Assembly: GCA_977862235.1 (NCBI GenBank)
Contig: OZ374561.1
Location: 1,922,001 to 1,986,000 of the forward strand
Length of the DNA stretch: 64,000 nucleotides
DNA from: Dudresnaya verticillata
Taxonomy: Eukaryota
Direction: 5' to 3'
A program made the position numbers and the translations under genes. Below the pieces are notes generated by a model. It had not been told where the DNA came from, ran no database searches, and saw only the letters and a program-made list of their open reading frames with translations. Below are positions 12,825-24,899 of the stretch, piece after piece; the first letter of the stretch is position 1; each line of letters opens with the position of its first letter.

Positions 12825-15800
12825 TTAGTAGCCGTGGTTCAGCATCTCCCAAGTCTGCATGTCGTTCTGCACAGAGTCATTCGCCATCTTATCCATCACC
12901 CGCTTGTGCACGTGTCTCAAGTGCTCCACATAGCTGTGCGACCCGTTTCCGCGATCCTCTACCAGCAGCGGTATTACATACTTGGCCTCTCCTCCCGCCC
13001 CAGGTGCGCTTCGCAGGACCACCTGCGGCCGCGACAGACCCCTCCGCTCACTCACAATCCGCTCTATCATTCTCGCTATCCGCTTCCCACGCTCACTCAC
13101 CGACTTGGTCAGTCCTGTCCCTCCAGCAGTCTCAGCCCGAATGCACAGTCGTCCTCCGGCAACCGATGCGATTACGTCCTCTGCAATAGACTTGTCTACT
13201 TGGCTTCCGAGCCACACCACCATCTGCATCCCATTCTCTATCAATAGCATACGCTTGTCCGTTAGCATTTCTGCACTCAACGCTACCGTATTTGGAATCG
13301 CAATCGGTTCATTGCTACTCTCCTTGTCGCTCTTGCCCTGCTCACCAGCTCCGCTCACAATCGGATTTCCTGGTGCCGGAAGGGGCTTGCCAACTTCATC
13401 ACCAATCTCTTGCAGTTCCCACATTCGTGGATAGCACATCGCTGCAATCTCCGACGGTGTCGCGCTGATTAGGAATGAAAGCGCGGCAGCTCTCTCATCC
13501 ACCGTCACCGCATCCCCAGACTGCACAGATAGCGCAGATTTTCGGAACGCTGCAGACTTCATCAACCCCAGCATCATCACTGGCAGTATCTTCAATGCTT
13601 CTGGAAGAATCAACTGCCCATTCAGAGACGATGTCGTGCAATGTTTCCTGTAGACATAAAGCGTTTGCGCAGTCTTCTCCGTAAGCGCTTCACATGCCTT
13701 TGAGAATGCTGTCCCTCCGACCAACACGGCTGATGCCGCCTTCTTGCTTAGGAATGAAGCTACCGCGTCAACATCCGCGTGCCTGAACACGTCTTGAAGC
13801 ACACTCGTCTTTGATGCGAACACTGTGTGCACTCGGATGCGACGTCTCCCAGCGCTATCGGTAAACAAAATTGCGCACTGCACACACGCATCGTCAAACA
13901 GCGATGCAGTTCCAGCGTATGGTCTATTCTGTCCATTGCGATCGTCCGCTGCAAGTTTTGATCTCACAGTCAGCTCAAGTGCCAACGTAGAAGCAGAATC
14001 AAACACTGGAGCAGCCACGTCATCTCCTCGCTGCGGTCTCCCAAAGTGGCCTACAAACTCTCCACGTGCCTCAAGGCCTGGAGATGTCCGCACTCGCAGC
14101 AGCGCCTCGAAGGCCCGAGCTCCGCCCGCCGCAGCGCACAGCGACCGATGCAAGCTAGCCCCATCCCGAACCGGGTCAAACCCTGTGAACATATACATAC
14201 GGCCTCCGCACGCCCGAGGTACTCGGGAGAGCGTCGAAGCGTCGATATACACTGAAGAGGGTGCAAGGAACAGGTCCACACTGGCTTGCACCTCTGCCAA
14301 CTCACAACCAAGGATTTCATAATTCGGGAATGCCTCCTTCAAGAGACCCATTTCTCGCTCCTCTCCACCTCCAATTGCGCCTCCCCCACGTCTTTCGAGC
14401 TTTGACACGCCCATGGAAGGCAGCGAGCCCGCCACAACAAATGCCTTACCTCCGCAGTCCGCAAACGCCAACTTGATCGCTTCCAGGGCTGAGCCTAGGG
14501 CACTGTCCCCAGACACCGGCATGTTGTGAGAACCAGGTCCGTTTGCAGCCTGTCGATTACCTGGTCCCAGACCATGGGTCTCAATTGCCGAATCAATTGC
14601 CAAGACCGCTTGTGCAGGGGTCAAGAACAACGCATCTCCACCGAGTGGAACAAACGGATCCGTCACGTCCGGTACGTATTGCATTGTGACTGCCTTTCCG
14701 TCTTCCGCGCCCCGCGCATCGAAGAAGTGTAATGCGCGGTCAAAAGTCATTATGGCTACCCGAGCACCTTCGCGGCTGCCCGGGAGCAGGCCAGCGCCGA
14801 TGGCAGACTTGATCGACATCATTGCAGCTGCTGTCAGCCCAGACGTGATCGCTCCAGCAGATACATCCACAGCAAAAAGGTAGCACGCCGGTTTCGGTGG
14901 GCGAATACAATAGTCTGGGGAGCCAACGAGGTAGTCAACAGAGCCCAAGCGCAGTTCATGACGAGTTTCGGCATCCATGCGCTGCCCAGTAGCAGGCGAG
15001 ATAGGTGAGAAATGCTCAGTCGGTGTGGTGTTAATATGGTTACAAAGATTACATTGGAACTGGGAGCCTCCGCTCATGAACTTGAAACCTGGATTGGCAT
15101 ATCCATTGCATCTTTCACATCGCAGCGGTCCTCCAATCTGCCGGTTGGAGAAGTCGACAACAGGAATGGGAGCCTCGCCAGAGACGGTATTTGCAAACGG
15201 GGTCATGACAACAGCCAGTGGAACACCACTCTTGCCCATCAGACTTGGTTCGGAACCTATGGCATTGGTAGTGAGGCGCATAAATCTCAACCTTGCGCTT
15301 CCATCATCAACAGTAATAACATCCGTAGTACTATTCGGCAGAGAAGGGGCAGCGCCACTTGCAAGGCCAAGAGACATACCGCGATGATAGTATTCCCTCG
15401 GAGAACCAGATTTCTTCTCCAGAGCACACGGACGAGGCATCATAGAATTGCGGAGCTGCGCCTGTGCCTGCGGGTCCTGCTGCGCTGTATTGTGCTGGCC
15501 GTAGGGCTGCACCGGAGGCAAACTTGGCTGCTGGTGCTGCTGGTGCTGCTGCTGCGGATGTTGCTGCGGATGTTGCTGCGGATGTTGCTGCGGAAAGCCA
15601 TTCTGCTGCGGTGGGGCATAGCCCGGTGGAAGCGGACGCGCAGGGGCCTGCTGCGGGTTGGGGCGCATAGGAACCGGGCGGGGCTGCTGATGTGACGGGT
15701 AGCGCGATTGCGCGGCGGCACCGCCCGGCGGTGGCATGCCCGGCGGCGGCACGGCCTGTGGTGGCATGCCCGGCCGCTGCATGCCCGGCGGTTGCATGCC

Positions 15801-16158
15801 CGGCGGTTGCATGCCTGGCGGCGGGGGGCCCTGCGGCGGGGGGCCCTGCGGCGGCGCGGCAGCCGAAAGTGGGGCGCCCATGCCCGGGGCGGGCGGGCGC
15901 TGCATGCGCGGAGGCGCAGCAGGGTGCAGCGGCACGCCCGGGCGCGGCGGGGGTGCGCCCGGGCGGTGCATGGGCTGCGGCGGAGGCGCAGCAGCGGCCT
16001 GCGGGGCGGCGGCGAACGGCGAATTGGCGGGCGGGCGCGGCGGGAAGGCCGGGCGCGGCGGGGCGCGGCCGGGCGCGGGAGCGCGAGGGTGGTGGCCGTT
16101 GGAGAGGGCCGGCGGGGGTTGGTGCTGCGGAAGGTGGTGCGGCGGGGGTTGGCGGTAC

Positions 16159-16191
<33 letters not shown>

Positions 16192-16349
16192 GGCAGCGGC
16201 GGCGGCATCGGGCGGCCGGGCGCGGCGGCGATCGGGCGGTGCTGCGGCGGGTGCTGCGGCGGGTAGGGCGGCGGCGCGTGCATGGCGGGCGCGTGCGGGT
16301 GCGGGCGCGCGGCGGGCGCGGCGGGCGCGGGCGGGCGCGGCGGCTGCAT
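12825..16349 (-). CDS. SEC24: COPII coat subunit Sec24
   Basis: Pro/Gln-rich N-terminus, Zn finger RCERCNGYANP...CNLC, trunk YLFAVDVS, RRIRVHT, GQLILPEALK, gelsolin-like C-terminus. Start at MQPPRPP (16349). Confidence 0.95.
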
Positions 16350-16987
16350 TGCGGCGGGGCGGGGGGGCGCGGGCGCGGGCGCGCGGGGCCGGTTCGGCGG
16401 TGGTGCGGCGGAGTGGCGGCGGAGGGGGCGGCGGGGGCGACGCGAGCGGCGAGGCGCGGCGGGCGGCACCGCGAGAGAGAGCAAGGCGCGGCGGATCGTG
16501 TCGGATGCGTCGGAGTGGCGTGCTGGAGCGGCGGTCGCCGCGCTTTGTTGACTGAACGAATGTCGGTGTAAGGCCGGCTTGCAGTGTAAGCCGCGCGCGT
16601 GCTCGAATTGAAGCGCTTTGCGCCGTGGCCACGTGGCACCCGTGGCGCTCTGCACTCGCGCGTCATGTGCCTCAGAACGCGCCCCGCACTGTTATATCCC
16701 TTACTTTGCAACGAAAGTCGCCTTTCCATGCCAATACGCGAGGCCGCGCGCGATGTGTGAATCACAACGCACGACCGCGCCCGCCGCGCCACCCAATCAT
16801 GCGTGCCCCCACGCATGCATTTCCGATAAATCAACGGGGCCCGCCATCGACCCGCGCATCCATCATAACAATCTCCATCGGCTCACCGCTCGCCCGCCAC
16901 AACCCTACCGCGCCGCCGCCATCTCCCCGTCGTCGACACGCCGAGCTCCCCCCGCGCCCGCGCCCGCCCGCCCTCCCGCCCGCCGCC

Positions 16988-18238
16988 ATGCCGCCGCCGC
17001 CGGCCTTCGCCGCCGCGCGGCCATGCGCGCCGTCGCTGACGCCGACGCCCGCTCGCGCGGCCTGCCCGTCGCGCCGCGCCGCGTGGCCGCCGTCGCGCGC
17101 GCGCTCCGCCGCCGCGGCGGCGCGCGCAGCCCCGCGCATGTCGTCGTCGTCGCCGTCTCCGTCGTCGCCGTCGTCGCCGTCGCGCGCGCCGCGCGCGCGA
17201 GACGTCATCCGCATCGCCATCCCGAGCAAGGGCGACATTCTGGCGGAGACCAAGACCCTGCTCTCCGACGCCGGCATCGACGTGCAGATCCGCAACCCGC
17301 GCCAATACGTCGCGTCGCTCAAGGGCATGGACGTCGAGGTCTGGTTGCAGCGCCCGCCCGACATCGTGCGCAAGGTTCGCGAGGGCGATGTTGACCTCGG
17401 CATTGTCGGCTACGACGTCGTGGCGGAGCACGGCGGCAAGAACGGAGGCGTCATTGCCGTCCATGACTGCCTCGGCTTCGGTGACTGCCGCCTCGCCGTC
17501 GGCGTCCCCATGGACTGGACTGACTGCTTTGACATGTCCGATGTGCGCCGCCGCGCCGCCCAGGGCGAGCTGCGTGTTGCCACCAAGTACCGTAATGAGA
17601 CCGCCCGCTTTATGGCTGAGCATGGCGTGGACAACTATCGCATTGTCGAGATGGACGGTGCCCTCGAGGCCTCCACCCAGATGGGCACGGCTGACTGTAT
17701 CATTGATCTCGTGTCGTCTGGCGTTACGCTGCGCGAAAATCTCCTCAAGGAGATTGTCGGCGGCACCTTGCTCAACTCCTCCATGCAACTCGTGGGCAAT
17801 CGCTCCCATCTCGTCGAGCAGACCGACTTTGGTCGCCGCCTGCGCGACCTTACCAAGGAGCTTTTAGAGCGCATTGACGCCCATTTGCTGGGCCAGGACA
17901 ACTACAACATCATCGCCAACATCCGCGGTTCTAGCATGGTTGACGTCAGTCGAAGACTGGCGACGCAGAAAAACCTCCGCGGTGTCGACGGTCCTACGGT
18001 GAGCCCTGTCGTCCCGCCAGCCGATTCGAATGAGGGCATGTATGCCATCAGCATCGTCCTTCCGAAAGGACAGCTCTACTCGGCCATTCAACAGCTGCGC
18101 AGTGTTGGAGGCTCAGGCGTTACTGTCGTTCCGGTGTCTTTCGTCTTCCCCGAAGAGTGCGAAAGGTGGAATGTTTTGGTAGAGTTGCTTGGGCTTGCTG
18201 AAATGGAATCAGCCGAGTCTTTGTCAGAAGTTCATTAG
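16988..18238 (+). CDS. hisG: ATP phosphoribosyltransferase (long form) with plastid transit peptide
   Basis: IRIAIPSKG, DLGIVGYD, LGFGDCRL, RVATKY, DGALEAS, ADCIIDLVSSGVTLRENLL, and C-terminal regulatory GPTVSPV. Ser/Ala/Pro-rich leader beginning MPPPPAF. Confidence 0.95.
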   Translation: MPPPPAFAAARPCAPSLTPTPARAACPSRRAAWPPSRARSAAAAARAAPRMSSSSPSPSSPSSPSRAPRARDVIRIAIPSKGDILAETKTLLSDAGIDVQIRNPRQYVASLKGMDVEVWLQRPPDIVRKVREGDVDLGIVGYDVVAEHGGKNGGVIAVHDCLGFGDCRLAVGVPMDWTDCFDMSDVRRRAAQGELRVATKYRNETARFMAEHGVDNYRIVEMDGALEASTQMGTADCIIDLVSSGVTLRENLLKEIVGGTLLNSSMQLVGNRSHLVEQTDFGRRLRDLTKELLERIDAHLLGQDNYNIIANIRGSSMVDVSRRLATQKNLRGVDGPTVSPVVPPADSNEGMYAISIVLPKGQLYSAIQQLRSVGGSGVTVVPVSFVFPEECERWNVLVELLGLAEMESAESLSEVH

Positions 18239-18583
18239 CGCGCAGATGTGGGCATGGGCGCTTGACGCATCGCAAGGAGCAGGCGGGAATGCGCCGGAAT
18301 GTCCACTAGTCTGCGTTTGGGATCCAGCATTCCAGATGGACTCTGGCGCCTGACGTGAGCACAATCGTGTTACGGTTGCGTGACGTTAGGATGTTTATTT
18401 TATAGAGTCAAGAGAGATAAATGTCGGATTTTGGGATCCACATCATCTCCATGTGAAGTTGGAAACCCCGTTGTCTACAACCAGTTTCAAAAGGCGGCGT
18501 ACGTGGTTTGCAAAGTTATTAAAGGGAGTGAGTAAGTTTTGGGCAGTTGGGCGACACATTCTCACCATCATAGCTATCTATAC

Positions 18584-19786
18584 CTATGGAAACAGGCCAA
18601 GGACTCTATCGGCCCCTGCTTCAAAGGCAGAAGTGGTCCAGCCAGCCAGTCGGTACAAGTAACGCAGCGGTGCTAGCAGAGAGTGCGCAGCGCTTGCCTT
18701 CACAGAAGTTGTATACGTGGAAACCCTAACCGAGTCAACAATGATATCTCCATGCTCAGTCTGCGGGTTGAACAAGCCCTTGTGCTCCCCGCAGGTGACA
18801 TCGACAACGGTGCTCTTCTCTCCAGAACCTAGCTCAAGTTCATCACCGACAACCACATTCTCAGCCGGTGCGAGCTTTCCATTAACGTACAGAAAGTGGC
18901 CCTTGGTGAGTGAGATAGTGGCATCAAGACGAGTGTCCTTACCACCAGTCCTGATAGTCACGTACTCGTAGGCAACGTTGGGCAGGCGATGCGTGAACAT
19001 GAAGACAGGGCTGTACACAGATGTGCCGACTTGCACGCGGTCGCCGAGCTGCAGATCCGTCATCGGCTTCACGCTGCCATCCTCTAGACGCACGGTGGCG
19101 TGACCTGGGAAGCAGGCACCGTTGCCGGTCGCGCGGGAAGTTGGTACTGGTAAGTCATTGCCCTCCGGGCTCTCCTCCGGCTCCGGGGACTGCTCTACCT
19201 CTGTTGTTGGAGCATTGCCAGTTTCTTCCGTTGTGGATTGAGTAGTGGTGGTGGTGGTAGCCGCCGTGGTCGTAGTGTCAGTAGCCGCGGTCGTTGCGGC
19301 CGTCGTGGTCGTCGTGGTCGTTGCGGCCGTCGTGGTCGTCGTGGTCGTTGTGGTCGTTGTGGTCGTCGTCACCGGCGGTGGAGTAGTGGCCGGCTGACAC
19401 TTTGGCGCGGCAGAAGCACCGCTTTCAGAAGCATCCCCCGGATGCGAGAGCATAGTAAGCCGGAGCGGTGAAGGATTATCCTGGGACCATTGGCAGCAGG
19501 GGTCTCCAAGCTCCTCGCCATTGGTGAGGCCATCGCCATCAGAGTCCTCCTCGCAGAGCTCCTTCGTCCATATGGACCCCACGCGCTTGAACGCGAGCCC
19601 GAACGCGTTGCGCGTCGCACCGGATGCGCACGGGGTGTGGCCGAGCATCTCGCACGCGATGCCGGAGCCGGGCCTGCTCCATGCGTCACCGTTGGGAATG
19701 CGCGCCTTGAAGTCCGGGAAGGCGTGCGCCGGCGCGCGCAGCAGCGCAAGGAGGAGGAGGAGGGACGCGGCGCGGAGCACGGGCAT
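18584..19786 (-). CDS. Secreted temptin-like domain + Thr-rich linker + hedgehog-type Hint (Hog) domain protein
   Basis: Signal peptide; RIPNG...LGH...RNAFG...WTKELCEEDSDGDGLTNGEELGDPCCQW; poly-Thr linker; GA|CFPG, LQLGDRV, LTKGH, GLFNPQT..GDIIVD; tail AHSLLAPLR. Confidence 0.88.
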   Translation of the reverse strand: MPVLRAASLLLLLALLRAPAHAFPDFKARIPNGDAWSRPGSGIACEMLGHTPCASGATRNAFGLAFKRVGSIWTKELCEEDSDGDGLTNGEELGDPCCQWSQDNPSPLRLTMLSHPGDASESGASAAPKCQPATTPPPVTTTTTTTTTTTTTTAATTTTTTTAATTAATDTTTTAATTTTTTQSTTEETGNAPTTEVEQSPEPEESPEGNDLPVPTSRATGNGACFPGHATVRLEDGSVKPMTDLQLGDRVQVGTSVYSPVFMFTHRLPNVAYEYVTIRTGGKDTRLDATISLTKGHFLYVNGKLAPAENVVVGDELELGSGEKSTVVDVTCGEHKGLFNPQTEHGDIIVDSVRVSTYTTSVKASAAHSLLAPLRYLYRLAGWTTSAFEAGADRVLGLFP

Positions 19787-22746
19787 GTTGGGGGGTGCGG
19801 GCGGGTGCGGGCGCGCGGCGCGGTCTGGTGGCGTCGGGGGTGCGCGGCGTTTGGGGCGGCGCGCGCCATTTTAGGGGCACGCGCGGGAAGAAACGATGTA
19901 CTGACAGAGTTACATGCCGCGCTTCGGAGCAACGGACGCGCTTTCGCCCGCTGTATCGGTGAGCAGGACGGGCCGACGGGCCGGCTTTTGGCGCGACGGG
20001 CTGGGCGAGGAGCGCGAGCTGCGTGCGGCAGGGCGCGGCTTGAGCGGCTTCAAGCGCTTCCTGTCAGTGGGGCGGGGCGAGAGGAGCTTTCGAGGTGCTT
20101 GTGGTCCGGTCACGCGGAGGTCACGCAATGCTTCAAGTTCGGGCAGTCGAGCGACGCAGACAACAGAATATTCCAAAAACCGCGCCCCTGCCTCTTCGGC
20201 CGGAGCTTAAAAAGCCCGCACCGAGCAATGTTTCGCTGGGCTTTGCAGTTAACATTTCCCTAAAGGTTAGCACCCCTCCTTCTCTTCATTCGATTAAATT
20301 CATTGGAACGAATTCACAATAAAGTGAAGGGTTGCTGCGCCAGGCAGGCAATTCATTCAGCGGCACACAACTTGAGCAACGTTCGGCTGGAAAGTAATGA
20401 AGATGGGGACACGCTGTGCTGCGTGTGAGTCCCTGCGCCCCTGTGCCCTCTTCTTCAAATCCCATTGAGTTGTGTTACACTCGTGACGAAATTAATGGAG
20501 TCTGTTTGTAGCATCGGGTTTCGACAGGGGGCATAAATGCCGTAATTTTGCCGGGAGAGAAAACAGCAGGAGGACGACCAATGAGCCTCCTGACCGTGCC
20601 TCGTCAGACCAGCTGGCATGCCGGGCTGAGCAATTTGCGTCGTACACCTCCTATGTTCAACCGAGTTCGTTACCCGGACACGACTGCATTCCCACTATGA
20701 GATGCCACAGACCTGGGCGATTGTCCGCTTCGCAAGTAGCGTAGTGCTGTAGGGGAGCTCTCTAGCTCTCTGAGTCATCTCAACGTGGTTTCGAGAGGAG
20801 AGCAAAAGAAATCGAGAAGGATGAAAGAGGAAGTCCAGCTCCATCTCGATACTGCCCGCTCTGTTTCGTTCGCCTGCACTGTACTTCCTACGTTCGGTAT
20901 CTCTGCCGTGTCACCATCGATACGTGTGAACCACACTCTGTGCTGATGTGGGCTGGGTGCCGTGAGGTATGCCCCATGGGATTTAATGCATCATTTGCAA
21001 TCGAGGTTTCAAAATTCCAGAGCGGGTGATTTCATAGTTTTGTTCAGCGATGAACCGCCCTTCATCTCTTCGCCGTACTGCAGTTAAATATCCATTTTGC
21101 GATACTAATAAGACCTCAGTGAGGAGGAATTAGAGATTCATTCCTAGCCAAGGCTTTCTTACAGCTTGAGTCTTTCTGCAGGAGATTCAGCGAGCTTCCG
21201 TTATCTTGTAAGCTCATCATATGAGCGACAGAAGCACTTCGAGTTTCAACGCAGTACTTTGTCTTGAGCCTAGTCTTATGCGTTAGTAAAACGGCGCAAT
21301 GATAAGGGAGGAATGCGGATAATAAAAGAAAAGTCTAAAGCCGAAGCCTCTTCGTCAGCGAGTCCAGGCAGTAGCATTGTGCCTTGTAACAGGAACGCCC
21401 ATCGTTTCTCCGGTTCACGGCGCATTGTCCCACCATTGTACGCTGCATTGCCCGTGAATATGTGTGACACGGCGCGGCACGGCGCATGGAATCCTCGACA
21501 TGGATTGAAATCTTTGCATTTTGCGAGATCTTCATGAAACGGTGCGTCGCCACCTTCCCGTAGACGCCAGCCGTCAGCCTCGAAAGGCAGGAAGAAGGAG
21601 TTCATATCCCAGTGCAGTGCCGCAGACCATGCATAACGAAGTGCAACCTTTGATATCACAAGCTTTTTGCATGGTTTACTCTGTCTCTGGGAGGAGTGTT
21701 CAGGGCTGACCGCTCAATCCGGATTAGGGGTGGAATTACCGCAATCTGCAGTCGTGCGACAAGCAATTTGTCGCCCTGTCCGCCAGCGCTCTATAGACCT
21801 CGTATCAAATTGGACCACTCGGCTCCGCCTCGTGTATCCATTGATACTCCGCCCATTATCGCGCCCATCGGACTAGGGCGACAACTTATACTTATTCTAC
21901 TGGCGAGACTATCTAATCTTGCCACAGAGAGAACCCATGCACCTTGTTTACAATACAAAAGATATCTGCGGAAAGGAAGCCTGTTGATAAACCCACCTCG
22001 TGTACGTGGGACAACTGACTCCAAACTTGAATATTCACTGGCCTGTTGTGCCACACCCTTTGCAACTGAAAATGTGCCAGGAAGGTCTTTATCACATGAA
22101 TAGTAGCCATCGACTGCACAGAATGTTTCTCATGCGAAGATGAAGCTCTTGTTCTTCGGTACGGTTAAGGAAAGCAAAAGTTATTTTTATTTGGCCCATT
22201 CCTTGCTCGCAACCAAATCTTACAGACACAACAGCAACTGTAAACTCTGTAGGAGTTACGACTTGCGGTATGATTATTGCTTGGCTTCAGATTTGGTCCA
22301 GGCCACGAACTAAATCGAAAGAAATAGTGTGCTGACGCACTAAAATATGCTGCTCGATACCACTCACAATAAGACTATCTCTGAGTTTCAGGTTGGTGGA
22401 AGACCGTGTTTTGTTGAGAGTATCCACGAAGCCAAGCAACTTTGGTTCCCCCTACGCTTCTCGAATTCTGCCGTCTATCGATGCCAGTACACAGCTATCA
22501 CGCCAGCACAATTCCAAAGCAAGTTTTTCTCAAAAACCTTTAAAAAATTGCGCGACTCCCTTGAACCGCTGCTTGTTTACCAGGGCAGATCATCCTGGGA
22601 AATTAGTGAGACCCCCTGATGCCTTTTGTCACAATGCGTAGTGTCTTGACAAGAAGTGCAGGAAGCAAAATTTTGCCAGGAAGGACCTCACCATGGAAAG
22701 ATGTATAAAAATTGCGTTGATGCCCACTCGCTTAACGAAGTCCCAG

Positions 22747-22819
22747 GCCTCCCTAGCTCAGTCGGTAGAGCGACAGACTCTTAATCTGTTGGTCGCGGGT
22801 TCGAGCCCCGCGGGAGGTG
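22747..22819 (+). tRNA. tRNA-Lys (CTT)
   Basis: Full cloverleaf: acceptor GCCTCCC/GGGAGGT, D arm GCTC/GAGC, anticodon arm ACAGA-CTCTTAA-TCTGT, T arm GCGGG-TTCGAGC-CCCGC. A T-run follows. Confidence 0.96.
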
Positions 22820-23211
22820 CGACATTGGCTGAATTTTTTATTGTTTCTCTCAAAGCCGAGGGAGGTGTGTTTGACCATACCCGATCAACTGTTGAGCCGG
22901 TATCATTTCTTATCTTAAATGGACCCCATTTCTCTTGATCGGTGGGAGTGAATCAAGACACTGCAACTCTGACGATATGCCCGCAAGTCGTGAGTGACGC
23001 CTTGTCGAAAAGTCGTGTCCAAAACAAAGCACCAACTGTTCCGTACCGGCGCAGAGCTGAAGGTATCCAGAACATAACGAATTGCGGCTTGTTTCGCTTT
23101 TGGTACAATACTTTGTTGGCTACCCTGCTACATTCCAGCCACCTACGGCTACGGGTACGCACAACTTTGAAAAAGGTAACTCAGATCGAAACGCTTCATG
23201 CTATTGCGACA

Positions 23212-24406
23212 TCAGTTCGATTTCTTATCAGCCTTGTTTGGTAAGCTCCCTGGTGGAGCGATGGACTCAACAAAAGGCATTATGCTTTTCGCCAAGAAGC
23301 CGCAGTCGAGGAATCTGCCGAGTAAGTTTGTAATTACTGCGTACATGCCCAAATCCCTCACGACGGTCCGCCCAGCGCCTTTCATCATGACGTCTGCAAC
23401 ATCTGCAGGGGTCCAGCCAAACTTGGACAAAAACACCACCATCCCAAACTTTGGCGTCTTGGCGAACAGATTGCTGTGAGTGTAGGATGGATGGAAAATC
23501 GTCACGTCAATCCCATAGACACTAGCTTCGACTGCTAGTGACGATGCAAAGTGCGACAGCATAGCCTTCGTGGCTCCGTACATACTGGCGAAAGGGCAGG
23601 TCTGTGCAGAAGAAAATCTGAAAGTTAGCAACGGATGTCGACGCTTCGCACGGCAGCGCCTGAAGAAGACCGTGACGGTGAAGGACCGAGCTACGCAATG
23701 GGCAAGTACAGGGCGTGCGCGCAAACGAACCATGAAGCAAGCCGCAGAGGATGTAAACGTGATGCATCCCTTGATGTCCTGGTCTATCATCTTCTTGTAA
23801 AAGTGGTGGGTGAGGCGAATGGCAGCCAGGGCGTTGCACTCTACGTTTGCCATCTGCTCCTCAATAGGGCGGCGTTCGAAAAAGCCCATGAGCAGATAGC
23901 CCGCGTTGTTAACGAGGATAGAGACTTTTACATCCTCTGTGGCAGCAGCCACTGCAGCGGTGTAGGTTTCCGGGTCGGCCCCAAGATTGACCGGAACGGC
24001 ACGGATCTGCACGGATGGGAATTCCTTCTGTAACTCTGCGTGAGCGGTTTTCAGCATGTCATCGTCCAGGGCAGCGATGCATATGTTGATACCCTGTTAC
24101 ATGCAGATGGGGAGACGGATATGGTGAGATGGACAGGGTGAGTCGATGAATGAATCCGTACAACAGAAGAGCGCGACTCGTCGCCTAGGGGTTGCGTACC
24201 TGCGCAGCTAGCCTTCGTACTACGGCTTTTCCGATTCCGCTAGAGCCGCCCGTCACGACCGCCCAGTCTCCGTACTTTTCACGCAGGTTCTGCTCACGCG
24301 CTATGAAGGTGAGATAGATGAGGGGCAGCACGTATACTGCTAGTGAGAGAAGTGTGCCTACACCGCAGACGGTGCAGAATATTGTCCAAGCAGCGCTCGG
24401 GTCCAT
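23212..24406 (-). CDS. Short-chain dehydrogenase/reductase, very-long-chain 3-oxoacyl-CoA reductase/17beta-HSD-like; exons 24406-24200, 24093-23731, 23601-23212
   Basis: N-terminal TM; YGDWAVVTGGSSGIG, ILVNNAG, YGATK. GT-AG introns at 24094-24199 and 23602-23730 restore a continuous frame. Confidence 0.88.
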
Positions 24407-24899
24407 TGTGGAGCGCGCCTATGCGGTGGTTGAAAGCTCTGAAGATATGAAGAGGAGGGTTGGACTGGAGAGTCGGTGCGAAGTAGCAAAGGACCCGAGG
24501 TGTGGTGCCTACGCGGAAAATAAAGCGCTTCCGGTGATGGTGACAGGATGAGAAGGGGGAGCATCGAATCGGACAAGTTGCTGCGGGCATGGGCCATGTC
24601 TGTCCTCCTGTCTTGTTCTGATACAGACAATAGCAGATCCGAAGAACCTTGTTTTCCGGTTAAATATTGACAACAGGTGACATGACGGTATCGAGAGAGA
24701 TGCGTCCCGTATCCAATGATACCTACTGCACTGTACTGTAGGATGGCCCGCGTACAGAAGGCGCTTGATCCCCCTCCGGGTCCATTGTTGCTGAGCTCAA
24801 AGAGTTGTTGTTCAAGACTTAAGCTCAGCGGCGAAGCCTGCCCCTCACTGCTGCCTAGCGAGAAGAACCAGTTGCCTCCCACAATCAACCTGCGTCACA

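Noticed and set aside
19240..19380. Tandem GTC/GTG/GTT repeat array
   Set aside because: It is the coding poly-Thr linker of the Hint protein.
20400..22600. Possible retroelement remnant
   Set aside because: No convincing RT, integrase or transposase motifs, LTRs or TIRs could be read.
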